Part shown: positions 47,796 to 58,007 of the stretch, piece after piece
Layout of the letters: every line of letters starts with the position of its first letter
How positions within the stretch are numbered: position 1 is the stretch's first letter
Origin: an uncultured Gammaproteobacteria bacterium
GTDB lineage: Bacteria; Patescibacteriota; Microgenomatia; Levybacterales; UBA12049
DNA: 64,000 nt
Direction: 5' to 3'
Assembly: GCA_964364105.1 (NCBI GenBank)
Contig: CAYILI010000001.1
Span: forward strand, 14,465-78,464
The notes under the pieces: generated by a model
Seen by the model: the letters and a program-made list of their open reading frames with translations, nothing else
What the model was told of the DNA's origin: nothing
Database searches by the model: none
Position numbers and translations under genes: made by a program

Positions 47796-48788
47796 TTACT
47801 TCTTGGACTTATCAACTTGCTCAAGAATCCACGAATAAGTCTTAGTTAAACCATCTACTAGCGGAGCATCTGGAGCCCAACCTAACTTCTTTTTAATCAA
47901 TTTATTATCTGATTTTCTTCCTCTAACGCCAAGAGGACCAGGGATATGTTTTATTTTCACTTTTTTCCCAGCAATCTTCATCACCATTCCTGCTAATTCA
48001 TTAAGGGTTACCATCTCTTCTGATCCAATATTAACGGGGCCTGTAAAGTCACTATCCATCAGCCTTCTAACTCCTTTTAAGCATTCATCTATATACAAAA
48101 ATGTTCTTGTTTGCTTTCCATCTCCCCACATATCTATCACTCCACCTTCTTTTGTTTCAGCTACCTTCCTACACATCGCTGCTGGAGCTTTTTCTTTGCC
48201 ACCCTTCCATGTACCCTCTGGACCGAATATATTATGGAACCTAGCAATTCTTACTTCTAATCCATAGTTTCTATAGTACGAAAGATATAATCTTTCTGAG
48301 AATAACTTCTCCCAACCATATTCGCTGTCTGGTGCCGCTGGATACGCTGATTCTTCTGATAATTTTGGATTTTTAGGATCTAGCTGATTATAAGCTGGGT
48401 AAATACAGGCTGAGGAAGAATAGAATATTTTTTTTGATTTCGTCTCTAAGGCTTTTTGCAAAACGTTTAAATTAATCAGAGCAGAATTTGTCATTATGTT
48501 TGCGTCATTTTCACCTGTAAAAATATATCCAGCTCCTCCCATATCTGCTGCAAGCTGATAGATCTCATCATATTTTCGATCAAAGATCTTTTTGACTACC
48601 TTTTGATCCGTTAAATTTCCGATAACGAATTTTTCCGCTTCTGTTTTACTATATTCAGGCTTCTTAAGATCAACGCCAACTACGAAAAATCCTTCTTTTT
48701 TTAATTTCTTAACTAAGTGGCTACCTATAAATCCACCAGCTCCACAAACCAGTGCTGTTTTATTTAATTTCTTTACTTCTCTATTCAT
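47796..48788 (-). CDS. GDP-mannose 3,5-epimerase-like NAD-dependent epimerase (GME family)
   Basis: CGAGGFIGSHL Rossmann motif. The blocks LAADMGGAGYI, SSSACIYP, RFHNIFGPEGTWKGGKEKAPAAMCRK, MWGDGKQTRTFLYIDEC, HIPGPLGVRGRKSDN and KLGWAP match my recollection of GDP-mannose 3,5-epimerase block by block. Confidence 0.6.
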   Translation of the reverse strand: MNREVKKLNKTALVCGAGGFIGSHLVKKLKKEGFFVVGVDLKKPEYSKTEAEKFVIGNLTDQKVVKKIFDRKYDEIYQLAADMGGAGYIFTGENDANIMTNSALINLNVLQKALETKSKKIFYSSSACIYPAYNQLDPKNPKLSEESAYPAAPDSEYGWEKLFSERLYLSYYRNYGLEVRIARFHNIFGPEGTWKGGKEKAPAAMCRKVAETKEGGVIDMWGDGKQTRTFLYIDECLKGVRRLMDSDFTGPVNIGSEEMVTLNELAGMVMKIAGKKVKIKHIPGPLGVRGRKSDNKLIKKKLGWAPDAPLVDGLTKTYSWILEQVDKSKK

Positions 48789-48870
48789 TTCGGATTACTT
48801 GGTATAATTTAGCATATTTATTTGAAACTTTAAAGTGTTTCCAAATTTAATTCATGTTCAATAGAACTAA

Positions 48871-49734
48871 TCAGTTCAAATTAATATTTTTATATAAAAA
48901 ATCTCCCAGTGGCAGTCTCCCTTGACTCACATCAGCATAGTTCCTGAATCCAACTAGCTGAAAATTATAACTCTGACTATACAGCATTGAATTTATTTCA
49001 CTAAAAGTATAGTTTTTATTTCCTTCAATCGTAATTTCGATTAATAAATATCTTGTCTTCATTAAGGTTTTCTTTGCACCTTTCAAAACCTGCTTTTCAA
49101 ACGATTCAACATCAATTTTCAAAATATCTATAATTGAAAACTTTGATACTAATAAATCCAGCGGCAAAACCTTCACCCTCTCAACGATAAGTTTTCCACT
49201 TTTTTTGCCTCGTGTTAAACCCCTCAATGAGCTTATAGCTGAGGATTGCGTATCAATTGTAAGCCTAGCAAATCCACTCCGGTCAGAAGCTGCTTTTTTG
49301 ACTAAAAAAACATTTTTATCTTTATTAAGGTTCATAAACAATGCCTTATAAGTCTGCTCTGCGGGTTCGACTGCGATAATCTTGCATCTTGGGAATAGCT
49401 CTCTCATCAGTAAAGAGAAAAATCCAACATTCGCTCCCACATCAACAACATATTTTACATTACGAATATTTGCTATCTTAATTAAATTATTGTGCCTTGT
49501 TAAAATGCTTTGATATCCGCTAATACCAAGATGAGAATCGTAATAAATATCTTTGCCAAAAAGTGAAACAAAACTTTCGCCTAATCTGAAATTCTTCAGC
49601 CTCAAAATATATTTTAATATCTCTATATATTTCTTAATTAAAAACGTAAATTTCCATTTATATGACCAGGAACATACTTTTAAGAAAATTAAATCTAAAA
49701 TAATGGATTTCTTAACAAACCAATAGAAACTCAT
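48871..49734 (-). CDS. FkbM-family methyltransferase
   Basis: VVDVGANVGFFSLLM...KIIAVEPAEQTYKAL. Confidence 0.7.
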   Translation of the reverse strand: MSFYWFVKKSIILDLIFLKVCSWSYKWKFTFLIKKYIEILKYILRLKNFRLGESFVSLFGKDIYYDSHLGISGYQSILTRHNNLIKIANIRNVKYVVDVGANVGFFSLLMRELFPRCKIIAVEPAEQTYKALFMNLNKDKNVFLVKKAASDRSGFARLTIDTQSSAISSLRGLTRGKKSGKLIVERVKVLPLDLLVSKFSIIDILKIDVESFEKQVLKGAKKTLMKTRYLLIEITIEGNKNYTFSEINSMLYSQSYNFQLVGFRNYADVSQGRLPLGDFLYKNINLN

Positions 49735-49737
49735 CCC

Positions 49738-50904
49738 TTATTTCCTCCTTGAATACTCGATGGAAATTCTTTCAAAAGTTTTATTTAGAATTTTTTCTAT
49801 ATCTCTCTCTGATGCAAGCTCTAATGCATTAGCTCTAAGCTCTAAGTATAATTTTTTATTTTCTACTATTTTTTTAATTGCTGATATAAGTTCTTTTTCA
49901 TTGGCTTTTATATTAATCCCAGCATGGCTTTCAACTATATCATCTGCTGTCCCATTGTCCCCCGAAATTATAACTGGTAATCCCAAAGCTAAATAATCTC
50001 TTGCCTTCATTGAATCCATATAATATTCCCCGGAGTAGCTGTTAACATAGAACGCTAAACCAATTCCATGACTTGCTATTATTTTGAAAAGCTCATCATG
50101 TGACATTGATCCAAGGAATAAAATATTTTTTTGTAATTTTTTTTTCTTAACTAAAGCTTTTATTTTTTTTTCCATCAACGGCAAACAAACAAATGTTAAT
50201 CTTATTCGCGGAATGTCCTTTATTAATATCTCCATAGCATTTAGGAGCATGATAAATTCACTAACTGATTTTCTAGCTGATACCACAATTAGCTTATTGG
50301 GATTACCTGACTTTAAAACTAATTTTTTTGTACGTGAAATTGCCGGAGAATTTGGAATCCAAACTAATTTTTCACTTGGAATCCCATCTCTTCTTCTAAT
50401 ATCCAATATGCGTTTGGAAACAGCTAAAATTATGTCTGAGTTTTTATTTGTTAGCTTATCTAAAAAATGATAAAAAATATTTAATAAATAATTAGGGTAT
50501 CTCGTCTTTGTATAGTCAGGATTAAAGGTGATAAAAATACGCACCTTATTCATTTTTTTTAATATAAGTCCCCAAAATGCATTCAAAGGATCTTCACCTA
50601 TATAAACTATCTCTGACTTCTTGAAAAACATAAAGACCGCTGTAAATGTTATCCATCCCTCTAAAAGTCTTATTCCCAATTCTCCAAAATAGGGCTTATG
50701 CTCAATAATTTTTTCAATTCTGTTTATCCCATCAAAAAAAGTAATAAATGTAATTCCTTCATTGTAGATAGAGTGTCTTATGAATAAATAAGGCTGTTTT
50801 TCTCTTTCTAAATGGTACGCGAGGGAGTGTCCTGGACCGGGATTATCAGTTTTATTTTTTCCAATCGCCGTATGCGATACTACACAATAATTAATTTTCT
50901 TCAT
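49738..50904 (-). CDS. GT-B glycosyltransferase (GT4-like)
   Basis: Two-Rossmann architecture with a C-terminal E...LGLPVIISGDNGTADDIV motif. Confidence 0.5.
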   Translation of the reverse strand: MKKINYCVVSHTAIGKNKTDNPGPGHSLAYHLEREKQPYLFIRHSIYNEGITFITFFDGINRIEKIIEHKPYFGELGIRLLEGWITFTAVFMFFKKSEIVYIGEDPLNAFWGLILKKMNKVRIFITFNPDYTKTRYPNYLLNIFYHFLDKLTNKNSDIILAVSKRILDIRRRDGIPSEKLVWIPNSPAISRTKKLVLKSGNPNKLIVVSARKSVSEFIMLLNAMEILIKDIPRIRLTFVCLPLMEKKIKALVKKKKLQKNILFLGSMSHDELFKIIASHGIGLAFYVNSYSGEYYMDSMKARDYLALGLPVIISGDNGTADDIVESHAGINIKANEKELISAIKKIVENKKLYLELRANALELASERDIEKILNKTFERISIEYSRRK

Positions 50905-51802
50905 TTTTCATCAATCTTAAGCCATCTTTAACAGAAACAGGATCCACATCTAAAAGCCTCTTTATTTTTGTTATGTTAAGATATGTGTTCTTAGGTCTAG
51001 GTGTAATGTTTGGAAAATAATCACTTGAAACAGGGACCAACAATTCACTTCTAAATCCAAACACTGATGATAATTTTTTTGCAAATTCATAACGACTAAT
51101 ACATTCTGATCCTGCGACATTATATATACTTTTATTTTCTAATTTATTTTTTTTATTCAATAAAATCTCCCATATAATTTTCGCTGCATCATTTGCATAG
51201 ATAAAATTATTATAAATATCATCAACTACCTTAATTTCTCTTTCTTTTCTTAGCTCTTCTATCATCCATGTTGCAAGATTAGATCTTTCATATTTATTAT
51301 TCCAACCATACATCGTCATTAATCGTATAATTGAGTAAACATTAAGCCCGTTTTTTACCAACTCTTCAGCTTCCAATTTTGTCTTACCGTAATATCCCAC
51401 CGGAGATGGTTTGCTTTTTTCAGAAAATGGATGTCCGATCCCATTAAATACTGCGTTTGATGAAATATATAGGATTGATGAGTTTATCTTCTTAGCTTCA
51501 TCTATAATATTTTTTGTTCCTCCTACATTAATCTTCCATGCTTCTTTTTTATGAGACTCACAATAATCTACATTTCCCATTGAGGCTGCATGAACAATTA
51601 AATCTGGTTTATATTCGCGAAATATTTTTTTTACATCTCTCTTTTTCGTAATATCTAGTTGGATATATTTTATGTTTTTATTTTTTAATTGGTCTTTTTT
51701 ATTATTTAAAAATGTAGCAAAAACAAACTGGTCTTCAGGTATTTCTTTTAAGAAATATTTTCCCAGTAAACCTTTTCCGCCTGTAAAAAGAATTTTTTTC
51801 AT
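50891..51802 (-). CDS. SDR-family sugar-nucleotide 4-reductase (RmlD-like)
   Basis: KKILFTGGKGLLGKYF, LDITK, HAAS and YGKTK (YxxxK). Length and order are RmlD-like. Confidence 0.55.
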   Translation of the reverse strand: MKKILFTGGKGLLGKYFLKEIPEDQFVFATFLNNKKDQLKNKNIKYIQLDITKKRDVKKIFREYKPDLIVHAASMGNVDYCESHKKEAWKINVGGTKNIIDEAKKINSSILYISSNAVFNGIGHPFSEKSKPSPVGYYGKTKLEAEELVKNGLNVYSIIRLMTMYGWNNKYERSNLATWMIEELRKEREIKVVDDIYNNFIYANDAAKIIWEILLNKKNKLENKSIYNVAGSECISRYEFAKKLSSVFGFRSELLVPVSSDYFPNITPRPKNTYLNITKIKRLLDVDPVSVKDGLRLMKNEEN

Positions 51803-51814
51803 TAAATACGATAC

Positions 51815-52570
51815 TTATCTTTTCTTAAAAACAATTTCCCAATCATAATATCCCAATATCGGAATACTTATTCTTCTGATTTGTCTTAGCAAACTATTAT
51901 TATTAAAAAAATTTGTATTATTAATTGACATTCTCCTCAAAGCGAAATCCATAATCGGAAACCAGATCTGCTGTTTGTTAGTTTCTAAAATTTTGAATTT
52001 CTTACTATCTATTAAGCCTAAAAGCTCCTCATCCTTTTTGTATTCCCTTAAATGAGTTACATCTAAAACCCATTTTCCGCTTCTCCTATAAAAATACCAT
52101 CCATACCATTTCTTAAATACTGTCGTAACATATGCAGTTCCATCTTTTTTAAGCACTCTATCTATGGAATTCAGCATTTTTTTATCGTCAACATGTTCTA
52201 TTACTTGCGTGGAAATAAAGAAATCGATAGATTTATCCTTAATTGTAACCAAATCCTCAGCACTATCTATGAATGCGTTTATAGATTTATTTAATTTCCT
52301 TATATTCTCAATTCTTTTTCTAGACAAATCAACGGCAATAATCTTCTTATTTAGTAGATATTTATTTCTTATTAGGGCATCAAGAAGAATACCATCACCA
52401 CAACCACAATCCATTATTGTATTAAATTTTGTTTTTTTTAAATATTTTGCTAAAAGAGCTGGAACATCGATACCATAATACTGAACAAATTTTTCTGAAT
52501 GTATTTCCAGATTTCTGCTAGTCGAAATCTTTCTGACATTTTTCTTAACGCTTAAGTTATTTTTTTTCAT
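51815..52570 (-). CDS. Class I SAM-dependent methyltransferase
   Basis: Motif I IMDCGCGDGILLDAL, then IIAVDLS. Confidence 0.7.
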   Translation of the reverse strand: MKKNNLSVKKNVRKISTSRNLEIHSEKFVQYYGIDVPALLAKYLKKTKFNTIMDCGCGDGILLDALIRNKYLLNKKIIAVDLSRKRIENIRKLNKSINAFIDSAEDLVTIKDKSIDFFISTQVIEHVDDKKMLNSIDRVLKKDGTAYVTTVFKKWYGWYFYRRSGKWVLDVTHLREYKKDEELLGLIDSKKFKILETNKQQIWFPIMDFALRRMSINNTNFFNNNSLLRQIRRISIPILGYYDWEIVFKKR

Positions 52571-53417
52571 ATTTATTCTGAATATAATTTAAGATCATTC
52601 CACAGAATCCTGCGAAGTATTCAATAATACGCATTACTATAAAACAAATGGCAACTACTGGCTCCCTAGCGAACAACCTCCAATTTCTTATATAGGAGGC
52701 TTTAATCGGATTATAACTTGAAATCCATGACTTTGGTCTTTTGTTGAAATAATTTACCATTTCTTTTCCGTACATAAAACGCTTCTTGAATAACTTTACA
52801 ATCGACAGATTACCTTCATTATGCATAACAATACTTTTTGCTCTCCCAATGCTATAGTTTTTTTCCTTTAATTTTTGAGACAAATCAATATCATCTCCAC
52901 CTGCCCCTAAAGATAAATCAAATCCGCCTATACTAAACCAGACACTTTTTTTAAAAAAACGCGGACTCTCAACAGTATCATCTCCCCAATAACAGCGCCT
53001 CTCTAATTGTTTTGCCTTAGCCCAAATCCCCACCCCGAATGAATCCTCTCGCAAAATAACAGAATCTACTCCCTTCTCACATATACCTACAGCTTCCTTA
53101 ATAAGATTCTTGGACAACTCCATATCAGCATCTAACCAGTAGACAAATTCTCCTTTTGCCTTTTTCATCCCAAAATTTCTCTTATGAGGCGCATCAAAAA
53201 TACCACTCTTAACCCTTGGTACGTATGTATAAAATTCACACTTATATTTTTCAGCTAACTCCTTAACATTATCTGTAGATTTTCCATCAATTATAAGTAT
53301 TTCTATATTGGGATATGACTGAGATCTAATATGCCTCAGGCAGCTATCGAGAAATGCAGCTGAATTTCTGGTTGGAATTATTATGGAAACTAGTTTGTGA
53401 TTATCGCTTGTTTTCAT
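52557..53417 (-). CDS. Glycosyltransferase family 2
   Basis: VSIIIPTRNSAAFLDSCLRHIRSQSYPNIEILIIDGKSTDN. Confidence 0.8.
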   Translation of the reverse strand: MKTSDNHKLVSIIIPTRNSAAFLDSCLRHIRSQSYPNIEILIIDGKSTDNVKELAEKYKCEFYTYVPRVKSGIFDAPHKRNFGMKKAKGEFVYWLDADMELSKNLIKEAVGICEKGVDSVILREDSFGVGIWAKAKQLERRCYWGDDTVESPRFFKKSVWFSIGGFDLSLGAGGDDIDLSQKLKEKNYSIGRAKSIVMHNEGNLSIVKLFKKRFMYGKEMVNYFNKRPKSWISSYNPIKASYIRNWRLFAREPVVAICFIVMRIIEYFAGFCGMILNYIQNKYEKK

Positions 53418-53512
53418 TTATTTAGTATGGACAATATTATTGCATAAAAAGCTTTTTCCTAAAAGAATTAATTCAACACTTTTAAAATAACTCATATAGT
53501 CTTTACTAAATG

Positions 53513-54769
53513 TCATGACAGTATACGAATTATCTTATTAATTTCTCTCTTAGTTAACTCAGGATTGTTTCCAACGTAGAACCCTTGATCATGCGCGATT
53601 CCTGAATTCTTATTATTAAGATGCGTTTTAATATATTTCCTAAAGAAAGGTTGTCTTGTTAAATCACCACCCACGATTGGCCTAGTTTCAATTACGCTTT
53701 CACATTTTCCCAATAACTCATCTCTTATCTTGCTTGACTTACAAATTATAGGAATAGCAAAATTAGATACAAAATCTATGTGATCATATTTAAGTGGAAA
53801 ATAATTTTTATTGTTATAAATAGCTTTCGCAATGGTTAGGAAATTACAATTTCTTTTTTTATTAATCTCATCAATATATTTTATTCCGATATTACCCACG
53901 AAACCATTTATCTCAGTTGGCCTTAAATTGAATCCTAAATCATAAAATGTGTATCTTGAGTAAAAAGTTGAATTAACTTTAAATTTTTTCCTAATCTGAT
54001 CTTGTTTTGCAAAATTAAGATTTCTATCCCATCCATGCGCTCTAACCATAGAAAGCATATTCATTAGCTCTTCGTCATCAGTGCTGATAACTCCCCCTTC
54101 AATTGTTGAAAGGTGATGCCCAACATAAAAAGAGCATGTACTTGCTAAACCAAAATTACCGAGTTTTCTACCTTTATAAACTGTCCCTAAAGATTCACAA
54201 TTATCTTCAATAAGTATTATTTTGTTTTTTTTGCAAATCTTTTGAATATTTTCCAAATCACTACAAAACCCTAGCGCATTTGTAACAAACAGTGCTTTTA
54301 ACTTTTTTTTATTAATTATTGCGCCAAGCTTTTGACTCGAAATGTTTAGTGTCTCAATTTCAATATCAATAGGGACGGGGTTTAAACCTAGCTGGATTAA
54401 TGGCATAACATTTGTACTCCAAGATAGAGCAGAAAATCCCACACTATCTCCTTTTCTTAGTCTTTTTAAATTTAAAAGGGATTGAATCAGTGCTAAATTT
54501 GCGGAACTTCCACTATTTACAAATACACAATACTTTCGCTCTTGATATTTTGCAAAATTTTTTTCAAACTTCTCACACTCAACTCCAAAGCTTAATTTTT
54601 TTGATCTTTTTATGAATTTTTGCAGATCATTTTTTACATTCTCTTCCCTATAGAATGTCGACTTAATTAACGGAATCATATAATTTTCTAAACCTAAAGA
54701 AACTATATCGAATTCATGGCAGAAGTGAACCTGATATTGCCTTACTATTCTTAATCTATATATTAACAC
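53513..54769 (-). CDS. DegT/DnrJ/EryC1/StrS-family PLP/PMP enzyme with His in the Schiff-base Lys position. Likely a sugar 3-dehydratase (ColD/E1-like). The real start is probably the MIPLIKS Met near 54679.
   Basis: The motif SFYVGHHLSTIEGG aligns to the family consensus SFHxxKxxxxGEGG. H replaces K at the PLP-binding position, which is the known hallmark of ColD-type and E1-type 3-dehydratases. Confidence 0.65.
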   Translation of the reverse strand: MLIYRLRIVRQYQVHFCHEFDIVSLGLENYMIPLIKSTFYREENVKNDLQKFIKRSKKLSFGVECEKFEKNFAKYQERKYCVFVNSGSSANLALIQSLLNLKRLRKGDSVGFSALSWSTNVMPLIQLGLNPVPIDIEIETLNISSQKLGAIINKKKLKALFVTNALGFCSDLENIQKICKKNKIILIEDNCESLGTVYKGRKLGNFGLASTCSFYVGHHLSTIEGGVISTDDEELMNMLSMVRAHGWDRNLNFAKQDQIRKKFKVNSTFYSRYTFYDLGFNLRPTEINGFVGNIGIKYIDEINKKRNCNFLTIAKAIYNNKNYFPLKYDHIDFVSNFAIPIICKSSKIRDELLGKCESVIETRPIVGGDLTRQPFFRKYIKTHLNNKNSGIAHDQGFYVGNNPELTKREINKIIRILS

Positions 54770-54827
54770 AAGAAATTAATTTTTACAGAGCAGCTTTACA
54801 ATTTAGTTTGTTATCAAGTTTTGAATC

Positions 54828-55940
54828 TTAGATTAACGCAAATTCTAAAAATTTACCTGCAGTATTAGACCATGTATGTTTCTTTCTTTCACTTACTGCG
54901 CCCTTCTGTAATTTAGCGTAAAAATTATCATCCTGTAAAATTTTTTGTATATTATCTGAAAGACTTTCAGGACTATTTTCTTGACAAATTATTCCATTAA
55001 CATTATCCTTTACGATGTCTCTAAGACCTGGAACGTTATAAACTACCGCTGGGGTCCCCCTAGCTCCTGCCTCATGCACAGTTAACCCCCACCCCTCCTT
55101 AACTGATGGAGCAATAAGAATATGCGCTCTAGTTAATAATTCTTCCTTCTTTTCTTCGGTAACATAATCAAAAAACTTAATATTTTCACTAAGATCTAAA
55201 TCTTTGACAAGTTTCTGAAGCTCAATTACAAACTCACCCTCTCCCCGGCCAATTATCCATAGTTTAATATCTGGAATAATTTTCTTGATAATTTCTACTG
55301 CTTTAATTGCGTCAATTACTCCTTTTGTTTTAGAAAGACGTGACACAAAAATTAATGTTTTTTCTTTTTCTTTTTTTGGAAGATTACTTACTATTTTTGA
55401 ATTTGAACCCATAGGAATTACTTTTACTTGTGAGTTTGAAAAACCGTTCTTTTCGATTTCTTTTTTTGAAGATTCTGAAATAGTTATTATTGGAATATTT
55501 TTATATAAATTTGGATATATTTTTTCAATTATTTTTCCAAATATATTAAATGGAAAACCTACTGCAATATTCCAAAGGTCACCAGCAATTTCGCAAATTA
55601 AAGCAACCTTTTTTTCCTTAACATAAAGGGTTGTAAAAAAAGGTATTCCATGCACTTCATCAATTACTAAGTCAACTTTTCCTTGAAAATTCTTTTTATA
55701 TAATCTGTATGCAGCAAAATGAACTGATTTAAATAGTCTTCTCGCATCCGGATCTCCAGACCTAATTATTCTAACTCCATCTATAATTTCTTCATTTCTT
55801 GAACCTTTAAAATGAGCGCTGATTTGAGTTACAACGTGTCCTTTTTTAACAAATCCTGATGCTAATTCCTGAGTCAGTATTTCTGCGCCCCCAGATGAAG
55901 GGTTTTTAATATCTCTCCAATTTAAAATTAATATTTTCAT
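54828..55940 (-). CDS. Glycosyltransferase family 4
   Basis: MKILILNWRDIKNPSSGGAEI... start and EGWGLTVHEAGARGTPAVV. Confidence 0.8.
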   Translation of the reverse strand: MKILILNWRDIKNPSSGGAEILTQELASGFVKKGHVVTQISAHFKGSRNEEIIDGVRIIRSGDPDARRLFKSVHFAAYRLYKKNFQGKVDLVIDEVHGIPFFTTLYVKEKKVALICEIAGDLWNIAVGFPFNIFGKIIEKIYPNLYKNIPIITISESSKKEIEKNGFSNSQVKVIPMGSNSKIVSNLPKKEKEKTLIFVSRLSKTKGVIDAIKAVEIIKKIIPDIKLWIIGRGEGEFVIELQKLVKDLDLSENIKFFDYVTEEKKEELLTRAHILIAPSVKEGWGLTVHEAGARGTPAVVYNVPGLRDIVKDNVNGIICQENSPESLSDNIQKILQDDNFYAKLQKGAVSERKKHTWSNTAGKFLEFALI

Positions 55941-57271
55941 AAATCTCTATAAAGAATAACAGCCAGAAAACTTAATGAAAAAATTCCAATTAAAAATAAA
56001 TAGTTGAGAGAAAATATTTGTTTTTTAAATTTAATGTTTGGAAAAAATAATGGTAAAAGAGTTAAGCTAGACAGAATTAAAAATCCTCTAAAAGCAGCAA
56101 ATGAAAATCCAAACATATTAGTCCACGTAAGTTCCAGGAGCGAAAGACTTAAAAATAAAATAAATAAGAATGTAAGAAGTATATTTTTATTAAAGTATTC
56201 CCTTATAAAAATTGCTAAAGAAATTGCCAGAAACGGATAAAATGGATATCTATACCAACCATGTCCCGGCTCGTTTGGAATAGCAAAAATGAATACTCCA
56301 AGGTAAGCAAATAATCCCAAAATAATAACAAAATTTTTTTTAAAATCTTTAGCTAAAAGAAGAAAGAAAGATATCCATCCGAAATATATCCACCCGTCAA
56401 TCATGTGCCTATCGACTAAGAAAGGCTCTTTAAAAAGCGCGTATACACTATTAAATGTCAGATCATATCTTTCTATCTGAAGCTTCCATAAACTCACGAA
56501 CAAATCCCAATCATAATAATATCCGTAAGCAATATATCCTAGGAAAAAAGCCAAAACTATTCCAAAAACAGCAATCGACTCTTTATATTTTTTAGAATAA
56601 ACTAAAATAGAAATTACAGCTACGCTTGCAGCGATCCAAGGAACTTTAGAAATAATAAGAAGACCACACAAAAGGGAAACTATTACAATATAAATTCTTT
56701 TCTTATTCTTTATATATTTTATCGTAAATAAAAGCGCAGTTAAGAATCCCGGAATGAAAAAATTCTCGTTCTGAACGATCCTGGATCCAATCGCAACAGT
56801 TGGAATAATCGCATAAATAAAACTTGCAAGAAGAGCGGTTTGTTTATCATAAATTTCTTTTACCAGAAAAAATAAAACTCCTATTGATATTACACCAAGA
56901 AGAATTGCAAGCGGACGAATCCTTCCAACATCAACATCATACATATCATCTACCCCATTTAAAAGAGCAAATGAACCTGCTACGATTCCAAAAAATGGTG
57001 GATGCTCTAGATATGGTTTTACAATCCAGAAAGCTGCACCTTTATAAATTAGATGTTCTCTTTCAGAATCTATATACTGCGGATGCGAAGACCAGGACTT
57101 AGGAGTCCCCTCCTGAATCAGATTTATTCCAAGCCATGTCCAGGCAAACTCATCCATGGTAGCACCAAAACGGGGCGTTATCGAATAATTATGAACTCGT
57201 AAAACTAGCCCTATCAATAAAATTGATGCAAGAATAATAATTGTTTTTCTTTTTAAAATTTCAGTCACCAT
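55937..57271 (-). CDS. Polytopic GT-C-type membrane glycosyltransferase (ArnT/PMT-like, 444 aa)
   Basis: About 12 TM helices. The first extracytoplasmic loop is rich in D/E and aromatic residues. Confidence 0.45.
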   Translation of the reverse strand: MVTEILKRKTIIILASILLIGLVLRVHNYSITPRFGATMDEFAWTWLGINLIQEGTPKSWSSHPQYIDSEREHLIYKGAAFWIVKPYLEHPPFFGIVAGSFALLNGVDDMYDVDVGRIRPLAILLGVISIGVLFFLVKEIYDKQTALLASFIYAIIPTVAIGSRIVQNENFFIPGFLTALLFTIKYIKNKKRIYIVIVSLLCGLLIISKVPWIAASVAVISILVYSKKYKESIAVFGIVLAFFLGYIAYGYYYDWDLFVSLWKLQIERYDLTFNSVYALFKEPFLVDRHMIDGWIYFGWISFFLLLAKDFKKNFVIILGLFAYLGVFIFAIPNEPGHGWYRYPFYPFLAISLAIFIREYFNKNILLTFLFILFLSLSLLELTWTNMFGFSFAAFRGFLILSSLTLLPLFFPNIKFKKQIFSLNYLFLIGIFSLSFLAVILYRDL

Positions 57272-58002
57272 TATTTATAATAATTTAGAAATCTTAATCT
57301 ATAAAATACCGCTAATGTATCGACAAGCGTCAAAAAGGATATTTTCCAGAAGTTAGTACTAGTTACACTTCCTTGTTTAAAAGTTAATTTTATAGGAGCC
57401 TCTATTATTTTCGTATAACCTAACATCCTTGCTACAGCAAGAACTTCAACATCGAACGCAAACGCTTTAACAATTATTTTTGGGAATACTTCCTTCGCTG
57501 TTTTTCTTCTAAAGAATTTAAGCCCAACCTGAGTATCTCTAACACTAAGCCTGAAAAGTAGCTTAATAAGACTTCTATATCCCCAGGATAATATTTTTCT
57601 ACTTAACGGATACTGAATAATAGAGTCCGGATGAAGCTTACTTCCTATGACTATATCTGCCTTATTCCATTCCATCATATTTAACATGAGCGATATTTCT
57701 GAAGGACTTAGATCCATACCAGCATCTATAAATCCGATTACGTCTCCCTTTGCCTTTTCCACACCAAGCTTTATCGCAAATCCTTTACCTTTATTTAATT
57801 CGTAGCCGAGAGGAATAACCTTACTGTTTTTAATGTGCTTTAATTTTTCAAATGTTTGATCTAAAAATCCATCAACAACAACTATTATTTCATACTCAGA
57901 TGTTATCGAACTCAATGCTAAATTAAGACTTTTTACATCCTCTGTTATTGTTTTTTCCTGTTTGTAAGCAGGAACTATTAAAGAAATAAAATTAGCAGAC
58001 AT
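57271..58002 (-). CDS. GT2 glycosyltransferase (polyprenyl-phosphate sugar synthase-like)
   Basis: ISLIVPAYKQEKTI...YEIIVVVDGFLDQT. Confidence 0.8.
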   Translation of the reverse strand: MSANFISLIVPAYKQEKTITEDVKSLNLALSSITSEYEIIVVVDGFLDQTFEKLKHIKNSKVIPLGYELNKGKGFAIKLGVEKAKGDVIGFIDAGMDLSPSEISLMLNMMEWNKADIVIGSKLHPDSIIQYPLSRKILSWGYRSLIKLLFRLSVRDTQVGLKFFRRKTAKEVFPKIIVKAFAFDVEVLAVARMLGYTKIIEAPIKLTFKQGSVTSTNFWKISFLTLVDTLAVFYRLRFLNYYK

Positions 58003-58007
58003 AAACG

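Noticed and set aside
53418-53512. AAAAAGCTTTTT palindrome between the DegT-family gene and the downstream GT2 gene, considered as a terminator.
   Set aside because: The stem is entirely A/T with no GC clamp and no downstream U-tract, so it is unlikely to terminate transcription.
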